A stretch of 64,000 nucleotides of DNA. Source: a virus (Duplodnaviria; Caudoviricetes). The stretch lies in IMG/VR virus record IMGVR_UViG_3300044695_006401; one strand, 5' to 3'. The number at the start of each line of letters is the position of its first letter. Positions within the stretch are counted from its first letter, which is position 1. The position numbers and the translations under genes were made by a program. Positions 18,593 through 27,753 of this stretch are shown here, in pieces. Below the pieces are notes generated by a model. It had not been told where the DNA came from, ran no database searches, and worked only from the letters and a program-made list of their open reading frames with translations.

Positions 18593-19522
18593 CTAAATCA
18601 ATTCTATTACCTTATTATAAACTTGAATTACCGATGGGTGACATTCAAAAGTTTCTTTTCTTTCTAAACAACCCACTAAAGATGGGACCCCTTGTATTGT
18701 ACCCCATTCTCTAACCCCGTATTTAACATCCGACGCACAATTTAATCCACAACCACCTCTAACATAATGATATTTATATTCTTGGGATCCGTGTCTGTAT
18801 GGTGATCTAAATTCAGGATTTATTGAACTTCCTAATTGTAATATTTCGCAATCTGTAGTCCCTGCCAAATGTAAAAGACCTGAATCCATTGTTACAAAAC
18901 AAGAACAGTTATTTAATAAATGCCAAGTCTGATCTAAACTTGTTTGATTCATCAAGTTATAACCAATTTTAATTGGGAAATTAAAAATAGGTTTGTCAAC
19001 ATTTGAACCACCTAATTCAGAAGAATCTTTACCTACGGAAATAACATAAATTCCTTTTTCATTTAATAACTGAGTTAACATTTGCCAATTTTTTGCAGTC
19101 CAAGTTCTCGAATCCCAATTTTGTACAGGATGGATTAAAACATATTTTTTTGGTAAATCAGGGAGGATAACATCTCTTGGGAAATAATCTAAAGTCATTT
19201 CATCTTTATTTAACATAAACCCTAAAGAGATCGCATGAAACTGTCTTATATCCATGGCATTATGTTTATTACATATACCATCAGATTTATATGAAATATC
19301 AAATGTATTAATTACATGGTACATTTCTTTTAATTGATCCTGATTTGTAGAACCATCAAAAATATTTTCCACATATGGATTTGATTGAAATAACTCAGGT
19401 ATGTTAGTTATTATAGATATTTTTTTACCATAAGAATTATATAGTTTTTTAATTGTTGGTGTCGAGCATAGTGTGTCCCCTAATGCTCTACAACCAGTTA
19501 TATCTAAACATATTTCTTTCAC
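18593..19522 (-). CDS. GT9-like glycosyltransferase (heptosyltransferase fold) with C-terminal Cys cluster
   Basis: ALGDTLC.TP, YVLIHP...R.W...W..L, FVTMDSGLLHLAG; C-terminal CGLNC...C...FECHP. Confidence 0.8.
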   Translation of the reverse strand: MKEICLDITGCRALGDTLCSTPTIKKLYNSYGKKISIITNIPELFQSNPYVENIFDGSTNQDQLKEMYHVINTFDISYKSDGICNKHNAMDIRQFHAISLGFMLNKDEMTLDYFPRDVILPDLPKKYVLIHPVQNWDSRTWTAKNWQMLTQLLNEKGIYVISVGKDSSELGGSNVDKPIFNFPIKIGYNLMNQTSLDQTWHLLNNCSCFVTMDSGLLHLAGTTDCEILQLGSSINPEFRSPYRHGSQEYKYHYVRGGCGLNCASDVKYGVREWGTIQGVPSLVGCLERKETFECHPSVIQVYNKVIELI

Positions 19523-19574
19523 ATTATAAGAATAAGATACTTCACAATTAAAATCTATATTTTATTTTTTTACT

Positions 19575-22511
19575 ATGGAAAAAATTACACTTCTTTATTT
19601 AACTCCCCACCTTTCAACAGGAGGGATGCCACAGTTTGTACTCAAAAGAATCGAGTCTCTTAAAAAACATTCAGATAAAATTGAAATAGTAGTTGTTGAA
19701 TATTCACAATTTAGTGACACATATGTTGTACAAAGAAACAAAATCATAAATCTAATTGGTCAACACAACTTTTATAGTTTAGGTGATACTACAGATACAC
19801 AAAAAAAGTATGATTTAATAAAAATCATAAAAGATAGAAATATTGATATTGTTCACGCAGAAGAGATACCTGAGGCGTTCGAAAGTTTTAATAGGATACC
19901 TATAGATCTTTTGAATAAACTTTATGATAATTTTAGAACTTGGAAAATTGTTGAGACATGTCACAATGTTTGGTTTGATGCAAATAACAAAAAGAAACTA
20001 CATCCTGATTATTATTGTTTAGTTACGCCGTATCATGAAAAAGTATCGTTTAATCAAACGATATCACCAAAAAAACTTTTAATGTTCCCATACGAAGATA
20101 AAGTAAAACCAATTTTAGAGGAACTTGAAATATATTATGAAGATCACAGAATTCCACTATTAAAAAAAATGACCGAAAGAACTAATTTGGGAATCGACCC
20201 AACGAAGACACATATTTTAAATGTTGGTCTTTGGACGGAAGGTAAAAATCAAAAAGAGGGTATTGAGGTGGCAAGACTTTTACAGGATTCACACCCAAAC
20301 TTACATTTCCATTTTGTTGGAAATCAAGCACCTAACTTCGAAAACTATTGGGGTCCTATCATGAATAATTTACCCAAAAATGTTACAGTTTGGGGAGAAA
20401 GAAATGATGTGGACTCATTTATGATGTCTTGTGATGTTCTCATGTTTAATTCGACATGGGAATGTAATCCACTTGTAGTAAGAGAAGCGGTCAACTATGG
20501 AATGAAAATTTTAACAAGAAATTTACCACAATACATGGGAATGTTTGATAACTACATTACTAGTATTGCAAATGAAGACACATTTGAAAGTATTTCCGAA
20601 AAATTAGTTTCAGTCATTAATTCAGAAAGTTCTTATAAAATTGAAAGTGGTTATGATTTTGGTGATGAGTTAATGTCATTTTATACTGAAGTTAAAAACA
20701 CACCACATATGGGGAATCAACCAATAAAAAATGATTATACGGTTAACCAACATTTTGTTGTAAATCCATACATTGAAATTTTAGGTGATTCAACAAATGA
20801 CATGGAAATATCGGTTTATGATAATCAAAATAATGAGTTGGTGTACACAAACAAATTACCAATAAAACATTGGGTAAAATTAAATCGTGAATATTTCACA
20901 GAATGGAGAACCGAAATAAAAGAAAATGGTGAAACATTTTATTTTGATATTTTGAGTTTAAAAAATAGAAGAGTTTATATTTCATTTGGGTCCAAATCTT
21001 TGGGTGACACAATGGCTTGGATCCCTTATTGCGAAGAGTTCAGAAAAAAACATAATTGCCATTTGATTGCATCAACATTTATGAATGAGCTATTTGTTGA
21101 TCAGTATTCCGAAATAGAATTTGTAAAACCTGGTGATTCAGTTAATAACATCTATGCACAATATAGATTAGGTTGGTTCTATAATGAAGATGGGACCTTC
21201 AATTCAAATGTACATAAAAATGATATTCGAAGACAGCCACTTCAAAAAACAGCAACAGATATATTGGGGTTAGATTATATTGAAATCAGACCAAACCTTA
21301 ATCTACCAAAAGTTGAAAAAAGAAAAAAGGTTGGTATAGGATTTCATTCCACGGCACAATCAAAGTATTGGAACAACCCGAATGGATGGCAAGAAGTTGT
21401 AGATTATTTAAATAATTTGGGGTATGAGTGTATGATATACTCAAGAGAAGGTGATGGTTACATGGGTAATAATTACCCAAAAGGCGTAACAATCTATAAA
21501 GGTGGAAACTTACAAGAAGTGATTAATGATTTATCTACATGTGAGTTTTTTATAGGTTTAGGTTCAGGATTAAGTTGGTTGGCTTGGGCTTGTGAATTAC
21601 CTGTGGTTTTAATCTCAGGGTTTAGTGAAAAATGGGCGGAAACAACTTTAGATACTTACAGAGTTATTAACGAAAATGTTTGTCATGGATGTTTTAATTC
21701 AGAAAGATTAGATGCGGGTGATTGGAACTGGTGTCCGTTACATAAAAATACAGACAGAATGTTTGAGTGTACCAAAAGAATAAGCTCCGATATGGTAGTA
21801 AAAGAAATAAATAAAATAATAAATAAAGAAGTGGTTGAAGAAAGAAAAAATAAATTAGAAGGATTTGATTGGGGTGGAAAAGATAATTGGTATGTTGACG
21901 CAACAATTGAAGAAATGGGTTATGGTAATATGTACGATAGATTTTTTACGGTTGAGGAAAATGATGTTGTTGTAGACTTAGGGGGGTCTTTAGGTCCGTT
22001 CACATATTCAATTCTCCCTAATAACCCAAAACAGTGTTATGTTGTTGAACCCCTAAATTCTCAAGTTGAGGTTATCAAAAAAAATCTTAATAAACCTAAT
22101 GTAAAAATTATTAGAGGTGCAATTACAGATAAAAAACATCTAACAATCACTTGGGACGATGTTTCTGAAAATGTACCAACATTTACATTTAAAGAGTTCT
22201 TAGAGGAAAATAATATAAACCATATTGATTTCTTAAAATGTGATTGTGAGGGAGGGGAATACGATGTATTTCAACCAAGTAATATTGAGTTTTTAAAAAC
22301 CATACCAAAAATTGTAACTGAATTCCATATGAGGGTTAATGAGAATTTTCATAACTGTAAGTTCAGATGGTTTAGAGATAATATACTACCACAATTTAAT
22401 AACTATCAAGTTTTTTCTGTTGATGGTGTTGATATTAAATGGGATTTATGGAATGACCATTTCTTGGATTGGTATTGTGAAGTAATAATTTATATAGACA
22501 ATAGAAACTAA
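19575..22511 (+). CDS. three-domain fusion: GT4-type glycosyltransferase + AAH/TibC-like autotransporter heptosyltransferase + FkbM-like methyltransferase
   Basis: GT4: PHLSTGG, KNQ.EG, FNSTWECNPLVVREA; BAHT: SLGDT.AW.PY.E.F, KYWNN..GW.EV, FFIGL.SGLSWLAWA..LPVVLISGFS, CHGC, WCP.HKNTDR.FECT; FkbM: VVDLGGSLG, IDFLKCDCEGGEY. Confidence 0.88.
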   Translation: MEKITLLYLTPHLSTGGMPQFVLKRIESLKKHSDKIEIVVVEYSQFSDTYVVQRNKIINLIGQHNFYSLGDTTDTQKKYDLIKIIKDRNIDIVHAEEIPEAFESFNRIPIDLLNKLYDNFRTWKIVETCHNVWFDANNKKKLHPDYYCLVTPYHEKVSFNQTISPKKLLMFPYEDKVKPILEELEIYYEDHRIPLLKKMTERTNLGIDPTKTHILNVGLWTEGKNQKEGIEVARLLQDSHPNLHFHFVGNQAPNFENYWGPIMNNLPKNVTVWGERNDVDSFMMSCDVLMFNSTWECNPLVVREAVNYGMKILTRNLPQYMGMFDNYITSIANEDTFESISEKLVSVINSESSYKIESGYDFGDELMSFYTEVKNTPHMGNQPIKNDYTVNQHFVVNPYIEILGDSTNDMEISVYDNQNNELVYTNKLPIKHWVKLNREYFTEWRTEIKENGETFYFDILSLKNRRVYISFGSKSLGDTMAWIPYCEEFRKKHNCHLIASTFMNELFVDQYSEIEFVKPGDSVNNIYAQYRLGWFYNEDGTFNSNVHKNDIRRQPLQKTATDILGLDYIEIRPNLNLPKVEKRKKVGIGFHSTAQSKYWNNPNGWQEVVDYLNNLGYECMIYSREGDGYMGNNYPKGVTIYKGGNLQEVINDLSTCEFFIGLGSGLSWLAWACELPVVLISGFSEKWAETTLDTYRVINENVCHGCFNSERLDAGDWNWCPLHKNTDRMFECTKRISSDMVVKEINKIINKEVVEERKNKLEGFDWGGKDNWYVDATIEEMGYGNMYDRFFTVEENDVVVDLGGSLGPFTYSILPNNPKQCYVVEPLNSQVEVIKKNLNKPNVKIIRGAITDKKHLTITWDDVSENVPTFTFKEFLEENNINHIDFLKCDCEGGEYDVFQPSNIEFLKTIPKIVTEFHMRVNENFHNCKFRWFRDNILPQFNNYQVFSVDGVDIKWDLWNDHFLDWYCEVIIYIDNRN

Positions 22512-23098
22512 TGGAATTTAAGGAAAACAAAATAGACCCGCAAAATTATTATTGGTATCAAAATGGGTTTAGTAAGGAAGAATTAATCAAAGTACATGAA
22601 GGTGTTTCTAATTTACCATTCAGTGAAGCCACTGTTTTTGGAAATGATAATCCTGAGATAATTAAAAAAATTAGAAGTTCGTCCGTTAAGTGGATACCAA
22701 AAACAGATGAGTGGATGTGGTTATATGAAAAACTACTCGACATGGCGAGCACCGCAAACAGAGAGGTTTGGAAGTTTAATCTGATATCAGCTCCCGAGTT
22801 AATTCAGTATACCGAATATTATGACACCGCAGGTGGTCATTATGATTGGCATCAAGATATTGGGCCCGGTATCGGATCAAGTAGAAAGGTTTCTTTGACC
22901 GTTCAACTTTCAGATCCAAGTGAGTATGATGGTGGAGATTTACAGTTATGGAGAGGTGGTGACGATGTTGTTAACGCCGAAAAAGGTGCTGGAGTTGTTT
23001 TTATTTTTCCAAGTTACATGATGCATAGAGTAACCCAAGTGACCAAAGGTACTAGAAGAAGTTTTGTGTTATGGGTTGGTGGTGACCACTATAGATAA
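22511..23098 (+). CDS. 2OG-Fe(II) oxygenase (prolyl-hydroxylase/PKHD-type)
   Basis: YDWHQD, RK.S..VQLS.P.EY.GG.L, HRVT.VTKG.R.S.V.W. Confidence 0.88.
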   Translation: MEFKENKIDPQNYYWYQNGFSKEELIKVHEGVSNLPFSEATVFGNDNPEIIKKIRSSSVKWIPKTDEWMWLYEKLLDMASTANREVWKFNLISAPELIQYTEYYDTAGGHYDWHQDIGPGIGSSRKVSLTVQLSDPSEYDGGDLQLWRGGDDVVNAEKGAGVVFIFPSYMMHRVTQVTKGTRRSFVLWVGGDHYR

Positions 23099-24291
23099 GA
23101 TGAAATTTCTTTTGATTTAAGTATATTGTCCTCTATTGAACAATATGTCCACTCACCGTACCTACCTATTGAAAATATATTTTTTGGGTTGTGTTTTTCA
23201 CACCATCGATTGTAAGTATTTTTTGAGTCATTAGTTATATGCACATATGCGGGGTTCATGATTAGAAATTGGTGGTCGACAAGTTTATGATCGGATATGA
23301 CATTTGTCTTCCTTAAATCATTAAGTACGGTGTCAAGTAAATCAATCTCGTCAACTAAATCATCTTTTTCCAAACCAATCTCAACATACAAACTCAATTT
23401 TTCCTGACCTAAAATATTGTTATAGAAACCAACCCTATAAAAAACCTCTTCATTTGGGTAATATCTCCAATGAGTTTTTATGTCAGAACCTTTATCAAAA
23501 CCTAAATTAAAAACCGCAACTTTATTGGCCGATAAATTATATCTTTGTTTTGTTAAATCTAATAATTTATTTAATGGTAGAGTACTAACTAATTTGTTGA
23601 ATCTTATGTCTCCGATATTTGTTCTAACAATTTTATTAGATAAGTCTATATCTATAACATTAGTATTTAATTGTATTTTACTTTGATCAACCCTCTTTAA
23701 TATAGATTTGATGTATTCATAACTACCATTTATTGGATAAATAAATGTGTCATTGTAACTTATATTAATATTTTCTTGTGGTGGTTTTGGAAAAAATCTA
23801 CCCATGGAATCAAACTCGAGTTGGTTAAGATCACAAGCATATAATTTTTCATTGTAGGGTATAATAAACTTATCACAAATACCATTCCCTAAAGTTGTTC
23901 TAACATAATTCTTAAATGTAGATCTATCTTCAGGTCCACAATTTTTAAGGTCAGTTAGGCACTCGTCATATTCTTCTTTATTAAGTTGGGATATGTTGTG
24001 TTGGAAAGGAAAATTAATAATCTTACCTTGATAATCAATGTCGGTTATTTTATTAACCTCTAACAATTCACAATCAATTTCAGATAAAACATAGTTTTTA
24101 ATTTCTTCATTTCTAAAATGAAAAAAATGTCCCGAATAATCCCATACATAATCACCTCTGATTGTTGTTTTACAATAACCACCTAACTCATTATCTTTCT
24201 CTATGATTAGATAATCTTTCCCATTTAAAAAAGACGCTAAGGATAAACCAGTCACACCACCACCAATAATAAGAATATCAGTTTGTTTCAT
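23089..24291 (-). CDS. FAD-dependent oxidoreductase, UDP-galactopyranose-mutase-like
   Basis: IIGGGVTG, IEK...LGG.C, YSGHFFH, GRYGEW.Y. Confidence 0.75.
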   Translation of the reverse strand: MKQTDILIIGGGVTGLSLASFLNGKDYLIIEKDNELGGYCKTTIRGDYVWDYSGHFFHFRNEEIKNYVLSEIDCELLEVNKITDIDYQGKIINFPFQHNISQLNKEEYDECLTDLKNCGPEDRSTFKNYVRTTLGNGICDKFIIPYNEKLYACDLNQLEFDSMGRFFPKPPQENINISYNDTFIYPINGSYEYIKSILKRVDQSKIQLNTNVIDIDLSNKIVRTNIGDIRFNKLVSTLPLNKLLDLTKQRYNLSANKVAVFNLGFDKGSDIKTHWRYYPNEEVFYRVGFYNNILGQEKLSLYVEIGLEKDDLVDEIDLLDTVLNDLRKTNVISDHKLVDHQFLIMNPAYVHITNDSKNTYNRWCEKHNPKNIFSIGRYGEWTYCSIEDNILKSKEISSYL

Positions 24292-25423
24292 TAATAGTAA
24301 TTTTTTCCATAAAGAAGTTATAGTTTGTGGTTAACCTATCTTTGTGACCCTCAAATAACGGATCGTTAATAATGTTGTTTAACAAATATAAACCTTCATC
24401 ATATCTCTGAGTCCAATAACAAGAAACCGATAACTCATCATTAACATAATTATTATACGAGGTGTCATCCACAAATAGTATATATTTCTTTTTTACATCC
24501 TCAAGGGAAAGATTTTTGGCAATTTTCAAATGTTTGTAACCCATCTCAAAGTCACCAATCTGATTAAAATATAAACCTATTTTATAGTGTGGTTCGGCTC
24601 TGTCCGAAAATATATTAATAGCCCTTAACATTTCGTTATATATTTTTTCTCGATCAAAATTTAATTTCATCATACATATTGAAATTCTCATCTGAGACTC
24701 AAACAATTCTTCCACCCAAGCGTCTTTTAAGTTGGTATATAGTTTGTTCCACTTTAACGCTTCTTCAAACATACCATAGTCCATAAAACTTTGGGCCGCG
24801 TAGAATACGGATCTATAATTCAAACCATCAGGATCGTCAATCAAAGTATCCCAAAATTGTTTTTGGAGTCTTTCAGCGTCGTAATAATATTTCTTAGGGT
24901 CAAAGGCTCTTGACCCAACACCATCCGCAATCACATAACCACGATTGGATAAATCACCAGTCGTGTAATGGTCTTTATCTAAACATTTAATTATTGTGTG
25001 TGCAACGCCACAGAATTTCCACCTTAATCTGTTGTTGTAAATTACGGTTGCCTTCCATGTTGAGGTTCCTCGTTTCATCATCATGAAATAATTGTCATAA
25101 CCAACATCATCAAACCCAAAAGAAAAGTCACCTGCTAAAATATCATCAGCATCTAAATGTAAAACATAATCAGTTTTATCAAAAACATATTCCATCATCA
25201 TGTTTTTGTTTTTATCAAAACCAAACCACTCATCACGATGAATTTCACCAGGTATACCTGTACGATCCATGAACTCTTGTACAATATCTAATGTTCTATC
25301 AGTCGATCCGTTATCGGCAACAACCAAATAATCTATATATGGTGCAACCGCATCTAATACGGTTCCGATGATGTGTTCTTCATTTTTACACATCGTAGCA
25401 AATGCTAATGTTGGTCTATTCAT
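24278..25423 (-). CDS. GT2 glycosyltransferase with C-terminal TPR-like helices
   Basis: CKNEE, D.GSTDRT, LDADD; helical C-terminal half with Y/A TPR pattern. Confidence 0.85.
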   Translation of the reverse strand: MNRPTLAFATMCKNEEHIIGTVLDAVAPYIDYLVVADNGSTDRTLDIVQEFMDRTGIPGEIHRDEWFGFDKNKNMMMEYVFDKTDYVLHLDADDILAGDFSFGFDDVGYDNYFMMMKRGTSTWKATVIYNNRLRWKFCGVAHTIIKCLDKDHYTTGDLSNRGYVIADGVGSRAFDPKKYYYDAERLQKQFWDTLIDDPDGLNYRSVFYAAQSFMDYGMFEEALKWNKLYTNLKDAWVEELFESQMRISICMMKLNFDREKIYNEMLRAINIFSDRAEPHYKIGLYFNQIGDFEMGYKHLKIAKNLSLEDVKKKYILFVDDTSYNNYVNDELSVSCYWTQRYDEGLYLLNNIINDPLFEGHKDRLTTNYNFFMEKITINETN

Positions 25424-26666
25424 AAATTTTGTTTAATATTTCTTCTTCTTGATAATATTTTTTGGTGTAGATCATGTTCTGAAATTTCTGAGAGTGTCCT
25501 ACCGAATCATCCCAATTCCAATCTTTTTTACCTAACTCTAATATTCTATTGTGTATTTGATTATCATAAAAATCTCTAATCAGTCTTGATCTACGATTAA
25601 TATCTACTGAGTTATTATCCACAGTACTATTTCTATCGTTCCATTGTAGATATAACATCTTTTTAATGTGTACTATTTCAGTATTTAAAAATGTTCTAAC
25701 AATCAATTCATAATCATCCGCAACGGGTGTATGAGTATTGTGACCTCCGATCTTATCATACACTCCTTTTTTCCAAACCCTAACATGATTTGGCATACTA
25801 ATATTAAACCTAATTGTGAGGGGATTAATATCGGGATAATGATGATTAATATATGTTTTTCCATCGACCTCCACATAAGTGTGACCTGCATACCCAAAGT
25901 CAAAATAGTTATCGTGTCTGGCATACCAATTACCTGAATAGTCATGATCATAAGTTTTCATCTCACCATCTTCATAAAGTTCACACACATCACTATACAT
26001 AAAACCAGCATTTGGAAACTGTAAACTTGCTTTATGACATTCCTCTAAACATGTTGAAATTAATGTATCATCATGATCTAACTCAACTAACCATTCACCA
26101 TTACAAAGTGATGTCGCTCGATGTTTAACCAAACCAATATTACCGTTACTTTGGGGTAATATGCGGTGTATCTTCACTCTAAAATCTTTTTCAGATATAT
26201 CTTTTATAATATTCCAAGTCGTACCATCATTTGAATCATCAACAATAACCCATTCCCAATCATCGACGGTTTGATTTTTTATACTTTCATAAGTTCTGAT
26301 TATTTTTCTACCTGTTTGAAAAGTTGGTGTGAAGATTGAAAACTTAGGTCTAATATTTTGACAATTTCTAAATGTTGATTGGCATACAACATCATTTGCT
26401 AAAATATTGTCGGGTGGAAAACTTAAATATCTAATTATTCTATTCGAAATAATTTTATTATTTGAGGAAACTCTGTTGTCGCAACCCATGATAATATCAG
26501 GTTGGTAAACCGAAAAATCTTTAATTATATCATCGCTAAAAGGTAATGAATAAATTATAACTTCCTCTAAAAGATTTTCTTCATAATATACATCAGATGT
26601 TAGAGTGAATGTACCTAACTCCCTCCAACCATAAACGATCGCGGATGGTTTTTTTGTTTTCATCAT
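25416..26666 (-). CDS. GT2 glycosyltransferase with N-terminal extension
   Basis: FSIFTPTF, WEWVIVDDS.D, LVELDHDD, IGG....P.ADDYEL; start may be 26663. Confidence 0.85.
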   Translation of the reverse strand: MMKTKKPSAIVYGWRELGTFTLTSDVYYEENLLEEVIIYSLPFSDDIIKDFSVYQPDIIMGCDNRVSSNNKIISNRIIRYLSFPPDNILANDVVCQSTFRNCQNIRPKFSIFTPTFQTGRKIIRTYESIKNQTVDDWEWVIVDDSNDGTTWNIIKDISEKDFRVKIHRILPQSNGNIGLVKHRATSLCNGEWLVELDHDDTLISTCLEECHKASLQFPNAGFMYSDVCELYEDGEMKTYDHDYSGNWYARHDNYFDFGYAGHTYVEVDGKTYINHHYPDINPLTIRFNISMPNHVRVWKKGVYDKIGGHNTHTPVADDYELIVRTFLNTEIVHIKKMLYLQWNDRNSTVDNNSVDINRRSRLIRDFYDNQIHNRILELGKKDWNWDDSVGHSQKFQNMIYTKKYYQEEEILNKIYE

Positions 26667-27247
26667 TTTTCAGTATCAAAAAAGAATGTTTGAAATAAAC
26701 GGCCATCATAAATGTCTTGACCAAAATAATCCAAGGAAATGTGAAAATGATCACCCCTATAAAGAACCAAACGATTATAAACATTTCCAATTCTATCAAC
26801 TAATTCCCATTTAGTCATGTCTTGTGAATCTTTATATATTTGATTTAATATATCCATATTATAGGATCCGTCCTCATTTTTAGGTGCCATTGTTAGACCT
26901 GTTGGTTTATGTTTAAATAAACCAGTGCCTGAACTTAGTGGAGCATCTGGGGTTAAATAACATACTCCAGCCCATTTAGTTGTTTGATCTGCGTGGATCC
27001 AACTACGATCTTTAGATGTTGTAAATTGGTATGACCCTGTATATTGTTCTTCAGACCAATAAGTTACTTTTCCATAATATGGGAATACAACAGATTCTAT
27101 AACATCTTTCATAGAATCGTTTAAAAAAGATTTGGTTCTCCTACCTGGATAATTACCACTTACAGGGTAATCTTGCTGTAGTGCGAACTTTCTAACTTCA
27201 TCAACATCTGAGTAAAAGTCATCAATAATATAAGTGGATATTTGCAT
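26663..27247 (-). CDS. 2OG-Fe(II) oxygenase-fold protein (DUF6445-like)
   Basis: IIDDFY, YPG.RT, WIHAD, YL.P...SGT, NRL..Y....FH, RL.Q.FF. Confidence 0.72.
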   Translation of the reverse strand: MQISTYIIDDFYSDVDEVRKFALQQDYPVSGNYPGRRTKSFLNDSMKDVIESVVFPYYGKVTYWSEEQYTGSYQFTTSKDRSWIHADQTTKWAGVCYLTPDAPLSSGTGLFKHKPTGLTMAPKNEDGSYNMDILNQIYKDSQDMTKWELVDRIGNVYNRLVLYRGDHFHISLDYFGQDIYDGRLFQTFFFDTEK

Positions 27248-27293
27248 ATTTTTATTGTAAAAATATGAAATGTTTAAGTTAAATAAATAGAAG

Positions 27294-27746
27294 TTAACAA
27301 GGACCTTGATAAACTAAAGTAGATCCATTCCATTGGTAACAATCGTTCCCATCTGAATAAAATCCACTTGGTGCTGGAGTAGTACATTGATCCTCATCAA
27401 ATATTCCAGTGGCAAATGCTAATAAACATGGGTCATCCTGACAAGTTCGTTTCAAATAAACACTTCTTATATCATTACACTCACAAGACTTTCTACAATC
27501 ATCTCTGTCAAAACATAAGTTAGCAGGACAACAGTCAGGTACACATGTAGGTGTTGGAGTAGGTGTTGGTCTTGGAGTAGGTGTTGGTCCTCCAGGTGTT
27601 GGTGTTGGTGTTGGTGTTGGGGTAGGTGTTGGACAAAATGGGTTGTCATCCCAAAATTTTATATCTCCACCAGCACCCGCTAATAAATTATTAACCGCAT
27701 TTATATTACCACATAATACATCATTAAGTTTAGTTATATTACCCAT
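27294..27746 (-). CDS. small Cys-rich protein with Pro/Thr linker
   Basis: PTPTPTPTP linker then about 10 Cys in C-terminal domain. Confidence 0.75.
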   Translation of the reverse strand: MGNITKLNDVLCGNINAVNNLLAGAGGDIKFWDDNPFCPTPTPTPTPTPTPGGPTPTPRPTPTPTPTCVPDCCPANLCFDRDDCRKSCECNDIRSVYLKRTCQDDPCLLAFATGIFDEDQCTTPAPSGFYSDGNDCYQWNGSTLVYQGPC

Positions 27747-27753
27747 ATTAACA

